Shown here: positions 53,156-64,000 of the stretch, in pieces
Layout: each line of letters opens with the position of its first letter
Numbering within the stretch: the stretch's first letter is position 1
Assembly (NCBI GenBank): GCA_002633005.1
Contig: NMRA01000309.1
Coordinates: 407,850 to 471,849, forward strand
Length of the DNA: 64,000 nucleotides
Source: Phoronis australis
Taxonomy: Eukaryota; Animalia; Phoronida
Direction of reading: 5' to 3'
Notes under the pieces: model-generated
Databases searched by the model: none
Told to the model about the DNA's origin: nothing
Seen by the model: the letters and a program-made list of their open reading frames with translations, nothing else
Program-made: the position numbers and the translations under genes

Positions 53156-54042
53156 GCTACGGTCGTAGGACACTGGCAGGCTTGGAATTCCATAGATTGG
53201 TTCAATTTCGCGTTGGGGTGGGCTGCTTTCGTCGATGATTTTTATTTTTTTCTCTAAGAGAAGCTCAGAAGAGTATCTTTAGTGTTTACCTGAGCTATGA
53301 TTGATTTGGTCCGATGCATTACTGTTCGAATGGTCTTTGTTGCTAATGTGTTTCAATACAAAGGTTTTGGAGTGTTGCTTTCAGGTCTAGTCATTGTCCA
53401 AAGTGTTTCATTTCAAATTCGAATGTCTTTTCCGCTCCATTTTACTTTAAAACTTCAGAATACGAAATTTATGTGAATAAAGTTATTGCCAAATGATGTT
53501 TTTAACATGAAGTTTTGTTTTTGAAACTTCAGTTTAGAGGTTTAGACTGTTTCGTTTCGAAAATCAAAATTTTCAAATTTCTGGTGGTGCGCAAAAATTA
53601 ATTGAAAGGTTCTTTAAAGACTAATTGAAATTAAAATCCAATTTAATGGACTTAAAAATTTACTGTAGGAAAAGGACCTAAAACATAAACATTTTCCTTA
53701 AGTGAGGGTCTTCTATCTTAATGAATGATCGAAACCCTTTGTGTAGTTCAAATACATTGACAAACATGATTGATGTCGTTCTACATAATCTGTTTGCAAG
53801 CAAACCTTGTTAGAACTAATCAAGTGGTCCTAAAAACAATCACTAATCCGTTGGAAACAGTGGGACCTTACTGTATTCGTATAATACCAACTGTTTGAGG
53901 ATGTTACAAGCATTACGTCCAAAAGTACATCGTGAATGTCACGCGTGCGCTGTTTTGTTTTAATTCCATTTTACGCTGTGCGCTGAGAACTGGTTTTACT
54001 TGGTGTTATAGCCACACGAAATTCGACGTGGCTTGATCAAAC

Positions 54043-54885
54043 ATGGCAAAAAAATCTTTTGGTAGTAAAACACTGGGCGAAGCACAAATGGGTCGTAAAG
54101 TCAGCATGAGTGAAGTGTCTTTGGAAACCAAGGAAAAGGTTTTCAGAGAACAACGGAAGCTACATAGGCGCCTGTCTCAAATTAATCAACAACAAATGCA
54201 GAGTAGAAAACACATGGACGCTCAACGAAAACAGCTAGAGTATGAGATGTACGGAAAGATTCTAAGGCGAACGAAGGATTTAGAAGATTTTGACAATTTG
54301 AAGGAACTGGAAAATCAAAGACGAGAAGCGAGACACACACGAAACGCTGCGTTGAGGAGTCCATTGCACACAGAAGATGTACTGAGATTGCAGGTGACGC
54401 TGAGGCCGAAAACCTCTAGTTATAATGCTATAAAAAAATCGTTAGATCGAGGGATTGGCCAAAGGACAAAAAGTTTTGTATTGCCTAGCGTAGAGGTGTG
54501 TACATCCGCTCAGATAGTGGATAGTATCATAAAAGAAAACAAACTCGATTTCATGATGAGCAACTCAGAATGCAGAAAAAAGGCCTGGAATGATTCCAGT
54601 TTGGCTCTGAAGCAATCTTTAAAGGTATTGGAAAGTTTGAGGAAAAGAGAGACAGTCGAAGCTATCGAAATTACTGAGACATCACATGCCGATACACCAC
54701 GTTCTAAAATAAAAATTGACAGAAAATTAAGCGAAGGAATTAGAAAATTAAAAATGGAAGCTGACGCATTTATCAACGCGGAAAAGGATCTTAATGGCGT
54801 CTATCCTTCGACTGAAAACCAGGGTGAAGAAAGAAAACGAAAATTGTCAACTGCAGCCGGATTACGCAAAGTAAGAATAGACTAG
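54043..54885 (+). CDS. Intronless 280-aa basic, probably coiled-coil protein of unknown function
   Basis: Longest clean non-repeat ORF outside the two genes; start context caaacATGG; E/K/R/Q-rich helical composition; AATAAA at about 55082. Confidence 0.72.
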   Translation: MAKKSFGSKTLGEAQMGRKVSMSEVSLETKEKVFREQRKLHRRLSQINQQQMQSRKHMDAQRKQLEYEMYGKILRRTKDLEDFDNLKELENQRREARHTRNAALRSPLHTEDVLRLQVTLRPKTSSYNAIKKSLDRGIGQRTKSFVLPSVEVCTSAQIVDSIIKENKLDFMMSNSECRKKAWNDSSLALKQSLKVLESLRKRETVEAIEITETSHADTPRSKIKIDRKLSEGIRKLKMEADAFINAEKDLNGVYPSTENQGEERKRKLSTAAGLRKVRID

Positions 54886-56689
54886 TTCTTGTTAGACTGG
54901 TTGAACACGCAAAACAAATCGTATGAGTAACTTGCAATTCTCCTTCCTAATGTTTTCTAGCTCCACTATAAATTTCATATTGATTCTGTATCCGTAGTTA
55001 TGGGGAGTGGGTGCGATGGGTGCGAAGTAGGCAAGAAAGCGTAAGGTCAGTTAATGACCATTTCACAATTACCCCCGTTGCAATAAAAAGTCATTACGGA
55101 CATGGCATCTAGCTGTTTGCCGGTGACGAATCGTATTTATGGTGTTGTTTATTTTCCTCCGTCATATTAGGAATTTTATTAGCATCAAAAAGAACATTTT
55201 AAATTTTTACAAATGTAAGCATCAGGTGTACCAAAAACGTTCCGAGATTCAACAGACTGTAACTTCACATGTGTGAAGACAAACGTTTCTACAATCATAG
55301 GTTTGTTATTGAAACAATAAGTATAATTACACAAAATTCGAGCTTTAAATTCACGAAAAATAAAATATCACAAATGACTAAAGGTGAATTCATCACAGTT
55401 GCATTCAACACAATGATTTAATAATGAAAGATCTCTCAAACTTTCGCTTCCCAAGTGCTTTAAAGAACTCCCATGACCTTTTAAACAACACTTTAACTTC
55501 ACAAATGCGTCAATTATATAATAACGTGCTTCACTAAAATCTCACGTCGTCTCAAACTGGGCGTTTCTGATAATGTTTTCCACAAAACATGCCTCAGTTA
55601 ATAACTGTCTTCTCTGTAGTCGTAACAAAGCAATTAACTGAGTCGACGGCAAGGCCTCACGGACAAACACAGCTTGGTGATGTTCATACATTTAGAACGT
55701 GAGTATCATGGGTGTGAAACAACATGACCACCGGACCCAAAACAGGACCACCGGTCTTACAAATGGGACTGACTCGCCATAAAACAGGACCTAGGGGGAT
55801 TAACGGGTTAGAAAATGAGCCCGCTACATCTAAAAACATGACCGCCCCACAACAAAATATGGCCGCCGGGGATAGAAACACGACCACCCCATCCCTCAAT
55901 TGTCATGACATGTAAAGAATTGAAAGCGAAAAGGAATAGGATGTATTGAATTGTTCAATGATATATGTATTTCCTCCATCGCAATTGCCTTTGTCGTATT
56001 TATTTTTGACCAACAGTCTTCAATTTGATGTTCTGTCAAAGCCTAATAAGTTAAGAATGCATTTTCCTAGAAGTTATAAAAATAAACCCAATTTTATTTG
56101 TAGAAGTTTCAAAAGCACACGATCAAAGTTCAAAAGCGTTGGTGGAACAACCCTTTAAACCTTGGAACGTTTGTGTACAGTCACCCGATATAACAATTTA
56201 TGTGACGTAAATTCTGAGATTTCCACAAATTTTATTAAGTTCTTTCATCAAGTGTTTATAGTTAAGGTCACATAATTGTCTTTACCAGACTATTAGTTGG
56301 TCTTAGATTTTTTGTAAAATTGAGGCAGATTTAGATTTTTAGCCCAGCCGACGCACCCTCCTCTTCAACTCAAGTGAGTATTGATACATCAAAGAATCCA
56401 AACAGTTGTTTTAAGATTTATTGTTAGAATATCAAACAAAAGCTGTTTATTGTATAGCTCACACATGTCACTCACTCTTGACTGGTGGCTGTTCCTCGGC
56501 AACTAATATTGCCTTATGATGACAATAATTTGGGGATTAGTAGGCGATTAGGAAGTGTAAATTTAGGAGCGCTGACGACGAACTGAGCCTATGTAAAAGC
56601 AACCAGCAGAACTGATGCATTAAAAAAATCAGGTGAAAAGAGTTGGTTTCTAGAAATTCCCACTGCTTTTCAGCATTTTCCTATATTAT

Positions 56690-56760
56690 ATATAAATATA
56701 TATGTATGTATGTACGAATGTTTATATGTATTTGTGTATGTATATGTGTATGTATATATA
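56690..56760. repeat. TA/TG-rich compound microsatellite
   Basis: Directly visible. Confidence 0.75.
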
Positions 56761-57910
56761 GTTAACAGATGTGGCATTACCCAAAAAGTTGCACTTTCAT
56801 TTAATGCAACACGAAGGATAAAATATTTGTCCAAGTAGTACATTGTCCAAATATGGTGGTGAAGAGGCATATTTAATAATGAAAATATTACTGGTGGTTC
56901 AAATCTTCATCGATACTAGAAGAGGATTACTTTTGCCCACACTGATGTCATCGACCAGTTCATGCAACACCCGGTTTGCCATAATTTTTTTATTTATATA
57001 ATTTTATACACTGGGTACTTCATCATGATTTCTTGAAAAGGTTTCCGGCATATATCATTATCTTGAAAACTCTTTGAAAATTTGTTAGTTTTACCAAACC
57101 ATCGTTCTTTCAAACGAGTCAGTCTCCAATTGCAAAGAAGCTCATAGGATTCTTTCAACTACAAAATTTTGCTGTATGAAAGCTCACTATTATTTGAATA
57201 AACATGCGGTAATCCCGAATGCTTATTGTTACTTCCATCGCACTAAATAGTAAAATTAGAATTCTCGCACATTTCAGGTCTCAGTGGCAAGCACGGCTCA
57301 AAGTTCTTCACAGTGGAACGAGAAAAACGAATTCTCCAATTACGGCGCAAACACGCCATTCGACACCTATGATGTAAAGTCACGTGGCAAATCTCTTCGC
57401 CTCCGTCAGCAAATTTTTGCCAACAACAAGAAGTCGCTAATGCGAGCCACAGCACGTGCAATTATCTTCACACTGCCTTCGCGCAATAAGAAAAAAACAC
57501 GCTCTCTTCAACATGGCGAGAAAGGCTTACAAACGGCTCATACGGTCATGCAAAACACAGCCCATCTACAAGAACTGTCCTCATTGTCGCAGCCTGGAAA
57601 TCTTGAAAGTTCTTTAAACATCCGCAAATGGATGTGTGAATAATTGACAAATTTGAAATTATGTCGAACAGGAAATAGTCACTGCGAATAAACATCAGCG
57701 TTTTCAAGAAAAAATAGAGATGTATTGGTTGGAAGAAGTAAATGCCCGTTCAAGGAAAGTAATTCAGTTCATGGTCAGTTGAGGCTTTTCAATTGAAATT
57801 GTACTTCGATGCTGTTTAGCTGTCACTTTGGGGTTTAAAAACATTAACACGCTTATCGGATCTTAAATTGTTGGCGAACATGTCGGCAACTCAAGCAACA
57901 ATTGATTCCA

Positions 57911-58580
57911 TCACGGGTTCACCCTCCTAAGTTCTTCCGCAAACATAAAATGTTGTACGATTTCACAAAAACAGAGAGGCAATGATTCCATCGTCTGGCC
58001 TAATCCGTGAGTGACCGGGATGTAAATAAAATCAGGACAAGGATAGTCAAGGATATCATCATAGGGTCCCATCCAAGAACTGGGAATTATATCAAATGCT
58101 ATACCATTAAAATCAGGAAAAGAAAACAACGCGATTCCATTGTCCATTGTCAGAGAGGAGATCCTGTTTTGCATTCCCACAAAAATTGTCTTCCGAATCA
58201 ATTGCTCTAGCAAGTCTGTGCATGACAAAATTTTTCGAAGTTCTTGTCGTAGAATGTGTTATTGTATTTTAGCATCTATTGATTTAGTCATCGTATTACA
58301 CAAAGTTCACTTGCTGTTTACTGCCGTTTTCTCAGACAAGGGGATTTAATGCTTCCCAGAACTGTTTGTGAACATATAGTGCATTCCTTATTTTTACATG
58401 TTATTGGATTGGCTACTTCTTGTATATCTAGGCCTTCTCTGTATAATCCTTTCATTTGTATCTCATTCAGTAGCTATAGTCATTACCATCATGTAACGTT
58501 TGCTATCTTCAATATACTACTCAAGACACGTCTCTTCTTGGTTTCCAACGAACCACCTCCGCGTACGCCACCAATGTATC
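57911..58580 (-). pseudogene. Possible degraded coding remnant of unknown origin
   Basis: Protein-like minus-strand reading frames broken by stops and frameshifts, ending in ORF 57911-58228. Confidence 0.3.
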
Positions 58581-58915
58581 AATAGGCTACTTCCACATTT
58601 TCAAGTGAGCACAAACAAAATATATTTTTAAATAACGGACCTCTCTTAACCAAATTGTCCTGCGGGCCCAGCACTACTAGTAGACAAACTTTAGAGAGGA
58701 AAGACGTAAGGTATGTTTTTTCATTTTCCCTTGGCGTCATGATTTTAACAACGCTGGTTCCCCGCGTGTCCGCTACGGGGTAGATAACACGCAGGTATCA
58801 GGCAGCAGCAAGCGTTTTATCACTGGTTGATGTAACCTCGGCAGTCATTGGTTAGTTTCACAACAAAGAAAGAAAGTGACGGACTATGAACGATTTTTAG
58901 GCTTGTCATGCAAGT

Positions 58916-59079
58916 CAGTGGCGGGTTTAGAGGGGGGCCACGGGGGCCATGCTCCCCCAAAAAATATCCCAGATTCCATTTGGCAGTTCGGGAATGCGAA
59001 TGCCTGAGGGGCAAAATCCTGACTAATAGTCTGCCCTGCCCCCCCCCCCCCCCAACTCAAAATCCTGGATCCGCCCATG
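58916..59079. mobile_element. MITE family M5 copy, 5-bp TSD CAAGT
   Basis: CAAGT|CAGTGGCGGG...GGATCCGCCCATG|CAAGT. Confidence 0.82.
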
Positions 59080-59380
59080 CAAGTGGCGTTAAAACAGACA
59101 TATTTCGTTTCTGCAGTAATATTTAATAGCTGCGCCGGTTCTTGAGCACATACATGTACAAAAAATACACATCTGGCCAATCTAACCGTTGTGGTATTCA
59201 TACTGTGTGAATACAGGACAGCAACGCAAACGAGTCAGCGACTGTAGCAAAATGCTCTAGGAAAAGGCATAACCACAATTTTATGATTCACATTTCTTGA
59301 GCATGAATTTACTCGTTGTCCATCGTCATGCCAGTTTGTTTACGTAAAGCGTTATCTGTTGAGGACCGGCCAATCAGAAG

Positions 59381-59617
59381 CATGCGCGCACCAAGGGGGG
59401 GGGGTCGGGGGGCTCGACCCCCCCCCCACTTGGCGAAGTGGGCAAAAAGGTCCGCCCGAGAAAATGAGACAGTCCACTAAACAAGCACAAATGCGCAATT
59501 CACATTGGTGCGCCCGTTTTTTTGTGTTTTTTTTAGTCCGCCGGCTATTTTGTTACCAAAAGGTCCACAACGATAGGAATTCGAGACCCTCCATATTGAA
59601 GGCTGGGTGCTCGCATG
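59381..59617. mobile_element. Different MITE with 5-bp TSD AGAAG
   Basis: AGAAG|CATGCGCGCACC...GGTGCTCGCATG|AGAAG. Confidence 0.75.
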
Positions 59618-60402
59618 AGAAGCGCCATGTAATAAAACTTCCCGAAGAAAATTAAATGATAAATGCGTACACTCGCCTCTACCAGCCTCTTACCGCCTCT
59701 AACCGCCTTCTACAAACCTTTACCCGCCTCTAAACGCATCTAACACTCAAGAGGCCCATTCTACAAAATAGTTACGCATTACCCCCTGTTTGCAGGTATT
59801 CAAACGTTTTTTCACAATTACCTCATTCAAGGGCTTGCAGGTTTCACTTTACAGGACTTGGAATGACCAACTACAACTATAGGAAAAACTTCCACGTGAT
59901 CTGGTGATGTATTGTTCCACAAAATAATGAATAGGCTTGTGTGATAGAAATATTTCTTGTGTAGTAAAATTTAACTGAAATAAACATTTTTGCATGAACA
60001 AAGTCAAAATAATGATGGAAATCAAATAAGAGGAAATCAAACCATAAATATGTAATCCTCTTAAAAGAAAATTCCGAGCCCTGGGTCCTGGCTTTAAGGC
60101 CACGCCCCTCAGCTTCACGTATAGGTGCAGGCGATTATCCATGGGCAGAACAGCTGCGATAAATGTGGGGCTATAGCACCCCTGTGGTGCACCGCTCATA
60201 GCCCATGGGTGGTGCAACTCTGAAAAAAGTGGGTGCTATAGCCAACTTAGCCCCCTATGGTGCGCCGCCCATGTTTCTCCTTAAGTGAACATGCATGAGC
60301 ATTTGTCTGTTTGTTGGGACCCTTGTTACATCCTTTGTAACAAATATCAATGTTTAGGTCAACCATTTTCAACAAGTGGGTTTACCATTTTTATGAGATA
60401 AG

Positions 60403-60518
60403 CAGGGGCGGATCCAGGATGTTGAGTTAGGGGGCAGGGTAGAGTATTAGCCAGGATTTTGCCCGAACTGCCAAATGGAATTTTTGGGGGGCATGGCCCC
60501 CCTCTACATCCTCTATTG
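60403..60518. mobile_element. MITE family M5 copy, inverted and internally deleted
   Basis: CAGGGGCGGATCCAGGA... reverse-complement match to the family; TSD not intact. Confidence 0.72.
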
Positions 60519-61545
60519 AAGGAAATGTAGTTTAAAAAATCTTTGATAAACAATTTAGTGGATCTGGTCTTGACGCCGGGTTTCGGTGAAAGGGTCACTT
60601 TTTGTCAAAGAAACCAATTAACTTTTGGTTTAAATCGCATACCGCTGAAACTAGTCTCAAAGTGTTCCGCTACTCAGCAGAAGTGGTTTTTGGACCACGA
60701 AAGATCTGATTGACAGACGAGTTTGTAATTGCCAGAGACCATGGTCGGCGCATATGTTGATCTGCCGTGACAACTAAAGCCGACTTCTTGAGCTATCTGT
60801 TCTCAGCCACAATATATGAAATGTAAGTTCTTTCCAAGAACAAAAATAACTTTTATGTGAGACAACTGCAAGAACCGTAAATAGACCTATGTTCTTTTTG
60901 GAAGGCGAGTTTATAGCAGGACTAATGAGTTTGAAACTCTGTCATTATTTAAAATTTGATAATTGATGGGAAGTACATGTCAAAAATACAATTTCAAGAA
61001 TTTTAGTCCATGACATTATAATTTTGCCCGCAAATTTTCTTGAATGTTCTTATCGTCGAAAAATGGCGTAAACAATTGTCATTTAGAAAAATTAAAAAGA
61101 TTTCGTTGATCATCGAGAGCGTCACATAATTGTTACAGGGATATGGTTCAGATCCAACCCTCCAGCTGAGTTAATGAGAAAAGCTGCTAATCAACTGACT
61201 CCAAGAAAAACACGCACGTCACAAAAAGTAAAAACGTCAGCATTTGGTGTTTTCAGCGATTAAAGAGAGGGCTCGTGTGCGGATCTTCGAATGCGGTGTC
61301 CTTGGCGCAATAAGTCGTCTGTGAGGAAGTGCTTTTCACTAAAGAGCCAGTGTATGACCATTCACAAACAGCTCCACATGTGTTGAGTACATGTACATTA
61401 TAATTGTTTGCCACAGTAAATCGGAAGGTTCAAACAGGTTTCGGGATGGTATAAACCAGGGTCATGTACTAGACTCGATTTGGCCTTGGAGGAAGTGACT
61501 AGTCCACATAGTGGCTTAAAATTTTGCGGACGGTGTAGTCTAATC

Positions 61546-63121
61546 ATGGGTGTTATCCACACAATACAGAGGCAGATTTAGAGGGGGCCAACGGGGCACG
61601 CACCACCTAAAACTCTCCCAGATTCCATTTGGCAGTTAGGGGGTGCGAATGTCTGACTGGAAAAATCCTTGCTCAATACTCTGCCCTGGCCCCCTCAAAC
61701 TAAAAATCCTGGATACGCCCTTGCAATAGGCCTTTTGAAATTGGCATGCGAATTCGCTGGTGATGGAAATAGTGAGGAGATATTGCTGAAATCAGACAGC
61801 AAACTCGTTCAAAATGACGACTTTGAAGACGCCACAATGTCAAATTTCAACGAGTCGACTGAGAAGTCTACGGAGGAAATGTGTCCACGGAAAAGGATGA
61901 AATGGGGAAATAAAGTGTCCAAGAGAAGACGGGTTTGCAAAATGTAAAAAAGGAGACAACTGGTAACCCGGATGACGAAGAGCAGCAGAGGCAGCAGGAG
62001 TTACTGTCAAGTCATAATCCAAATTTTACAGTTCCTGAAGCAGGGTCTACATCCGAGGTTAAACGTATCAAAACAGAAAATGCTGAAGATACTCCTGCGA
62101 AAAACGACGAAATGTGTGATATCCTAGAGTTGCCTCACGGCGCAAGTTCTTCTCTTAACATGGATGCTTCAGAAAGCATACGTCGTACCTCTGCAGGTAT
62201 GGAGGATAATGGAGAGAGAGAGAGAGAAGTCGTGAAATTGGATGACGGAAACAAACTAGCCGACATTGAATATCAGGAAGTCAGTCAACCGTCATCCATA
62301 GTGTTCGCTGAAGATGCTGGTACTAGAAAAAAGTCCCTAGATCAGAAAGTAAAACCTTTGAAAGTGACAACTTGGAAGACGCTACATTGTCTGAATTCAC
62401 CGAGTCGACTGAATCGACAGAATCCCCTATCATCCGGAAGACACAGTACACTCAAAACTTTGCAGCTGAGACTCTGTGCATCAAATCAATTGCGGGTATA
62501 CGTCCAGAAGCTGAAAATATGCATAGTTTCGCACAGTTGCCTCAATATGCTATTTCTTCTCTAGGCAATGACCATCGCCTCTGTTGGTCGGGCCAACATG
62601 AGAGGCGATGGTCATTGCCCATTTTCTTCTCTTGCTACAATTCTTTTAGTCACAAATCACCAAGCCAAGATCGAACCGGGGAGAGTTGAGAATGTTCATC
62701 TTCATTTTGACACCCCGTCTCCTGTTGCAACATCGTCTCAGTGTGATTTCAACCTTTGCTACGTGAGATAATTCAGTGGACACTGAACGCAAGAAGAAAA
62801 GCAAAACAAAATTGCAAAGTAGCAACAATTCAATCACCACCGAGGACATTCGCCCAGAAGATGCCAAGAAGTATGGTTTCGCATATGTGCCTAATTGATG
62901 ACCTTTCTGTTTCAGAGGACGGAGATTTTACGGATAAACGAAGTATTTTGAAACGTGAGGGACTTCTCAAACGTTTGAAATCACGATTCAGGCGAAACAG
63001 TCACGTGGGCATGGAATCTACAACTTCCTCTTTCCAGGCGCAAAGTTTCGCTTCACGATGGTGGCATTTGATGTGTTGCGCATGTGCAGATCAGAACAAC
63101 TATGCCATATTCCATAACTGA
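61546..63121 (+). pseudogene. Decayed or frameshifted acidic low-complexity protein gene interrupted by a MITE
   Basis: Five overlapping plus-strand ORFs; internal repeat (DDFEDATMSNFNESTE vs NLEDATLSEFTESTE); the 5' frame rejoins after removing the MITE at 61567-61723 plus one TSD. Confidence 0.55.
61567..61723. mobile_element. MITE family M5 copy, 5-bp TSD CAATA
   Basis: CAATA|CAGAGGCAGATTTAG...GGATACGCCCTTG|CAATA. Confidence 0.82.
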
Positions 63122-64000
63122 CGGACTTAATTATAAGCTCAATTTGGAGAAGTTCACACTTTTAAATAACACTAATGCTTGTTATAAAATGCGCAGCACC
63201 TGCATTGTGTTTTGCAATAATTATCTCTTGTGGGTACATACACTGAATGTAATTGCATGACGAAAGCCAAAATAAAATGAAGGTGCAGTTGTAAAGTTTG
63301 TATTAATTGGTGCTGAAGTTGAAAGTTGAGTTACTTGTTTTTCCCACTCATTAGTTCGAGAGATTTCCTTCTTATATACTTTATACTAAGATTGGTATCA
63401 TAAGTCAGGTTACTCGGTCTTCTAGACACATGCCAGGGTGGAAAGCGTTCAGCCAAGGCAAATTATTTGGCTTTTTGAACCAGTAAAATGCCGGGATGCC
63501 AAAACGTTCCGTTTTCAGGAGCATGCATAAGGTCGTGACAGAGTGTAGCCACCACGTAACACTGCACTAACTCGGGGCAGTTGGAATATCTGATCACATC
63601 CAAATTCCAATCAACGCATTTTCACTATGGGCCCTGATTTAACTATCGTGTTAACTTTAAATTTTGTCCACACGGTATAAGCGGAGAACAATCTATTGAA
63701 ACCGTGCCCACTTTTATTTCCGAAATTCCTCACATTCCATAACTGCTATTTTGCTTCACTGCATGCGAACGGAAGACATTTAAACTTCTTTTACAGTTCA
63801 GTGCAACCTAATTACCCGACCGAGTTGAAGCCAGTTTATTAGTTATCATTTTCTCCTTTGCATTGTTTATGTACTGTAATAAAGCAGCTTTGAAGTATCT
63901 TACAAAGAAGGCTCAACCGACCTTATCAAACTGATGGCATTTTGGGAGTGGTTTGCCCAAGGTTTGGATGGCATCATGGTACGAAAAAGCTTGTATGCAG

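Noticed and set aside
60140-60273. CATGGGC...GCCCATG element as another 5-bp-TSD MITE
   Set aside because: The ends look MITE-like but the flanks (TTATC vs TTTCT) do not form a convincing duplication.

Overview
AT-rich, intron-containing animal genomic DNA, probably a non-insect invertebrate (species not determinable), with three assembly gaps. Two conserved genes lie head-to-head. USP32 is on the minus strand: ATG at 43142, 23 manually reconstructed GT-AG coding exons (about 999 codons) down to 3427, with the C-terminal part apparently beyond the left edge of the window. Delta-tubulin TUBD1 is on the plus strand: 4 coding exons, 45336-49359, 448 aa. Their shared upstream region carries a cluster of housekeeping/bidirectional promoter-like motifs. 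Further right are an intronless 280-aa coiled-coil ORF (54043-54885) and two decayed coding remnants. Introns and intergenic DNA are rich in mobile elements: a degraded PIF/Harbinger transposase, a 5'-truncated L1/Tx1-type LINE, nested Tc2-like MITEs with TA duplications, an hAT MITE with an 8-bp duplication, short MITEs with 5-bp duplications, Helentron-like (HINE/DINE-1-type) elements with internal repeats, and several minisatellites. I see no RNA genes or CRISPR arrays and no clearly new biological system. The best leads are the USP32-TUBD1 divergent pair, the 5-bp-TSD MITEs, and the orphan and decayed ORFs. Comparisons with human sequences are from recall and need checking.
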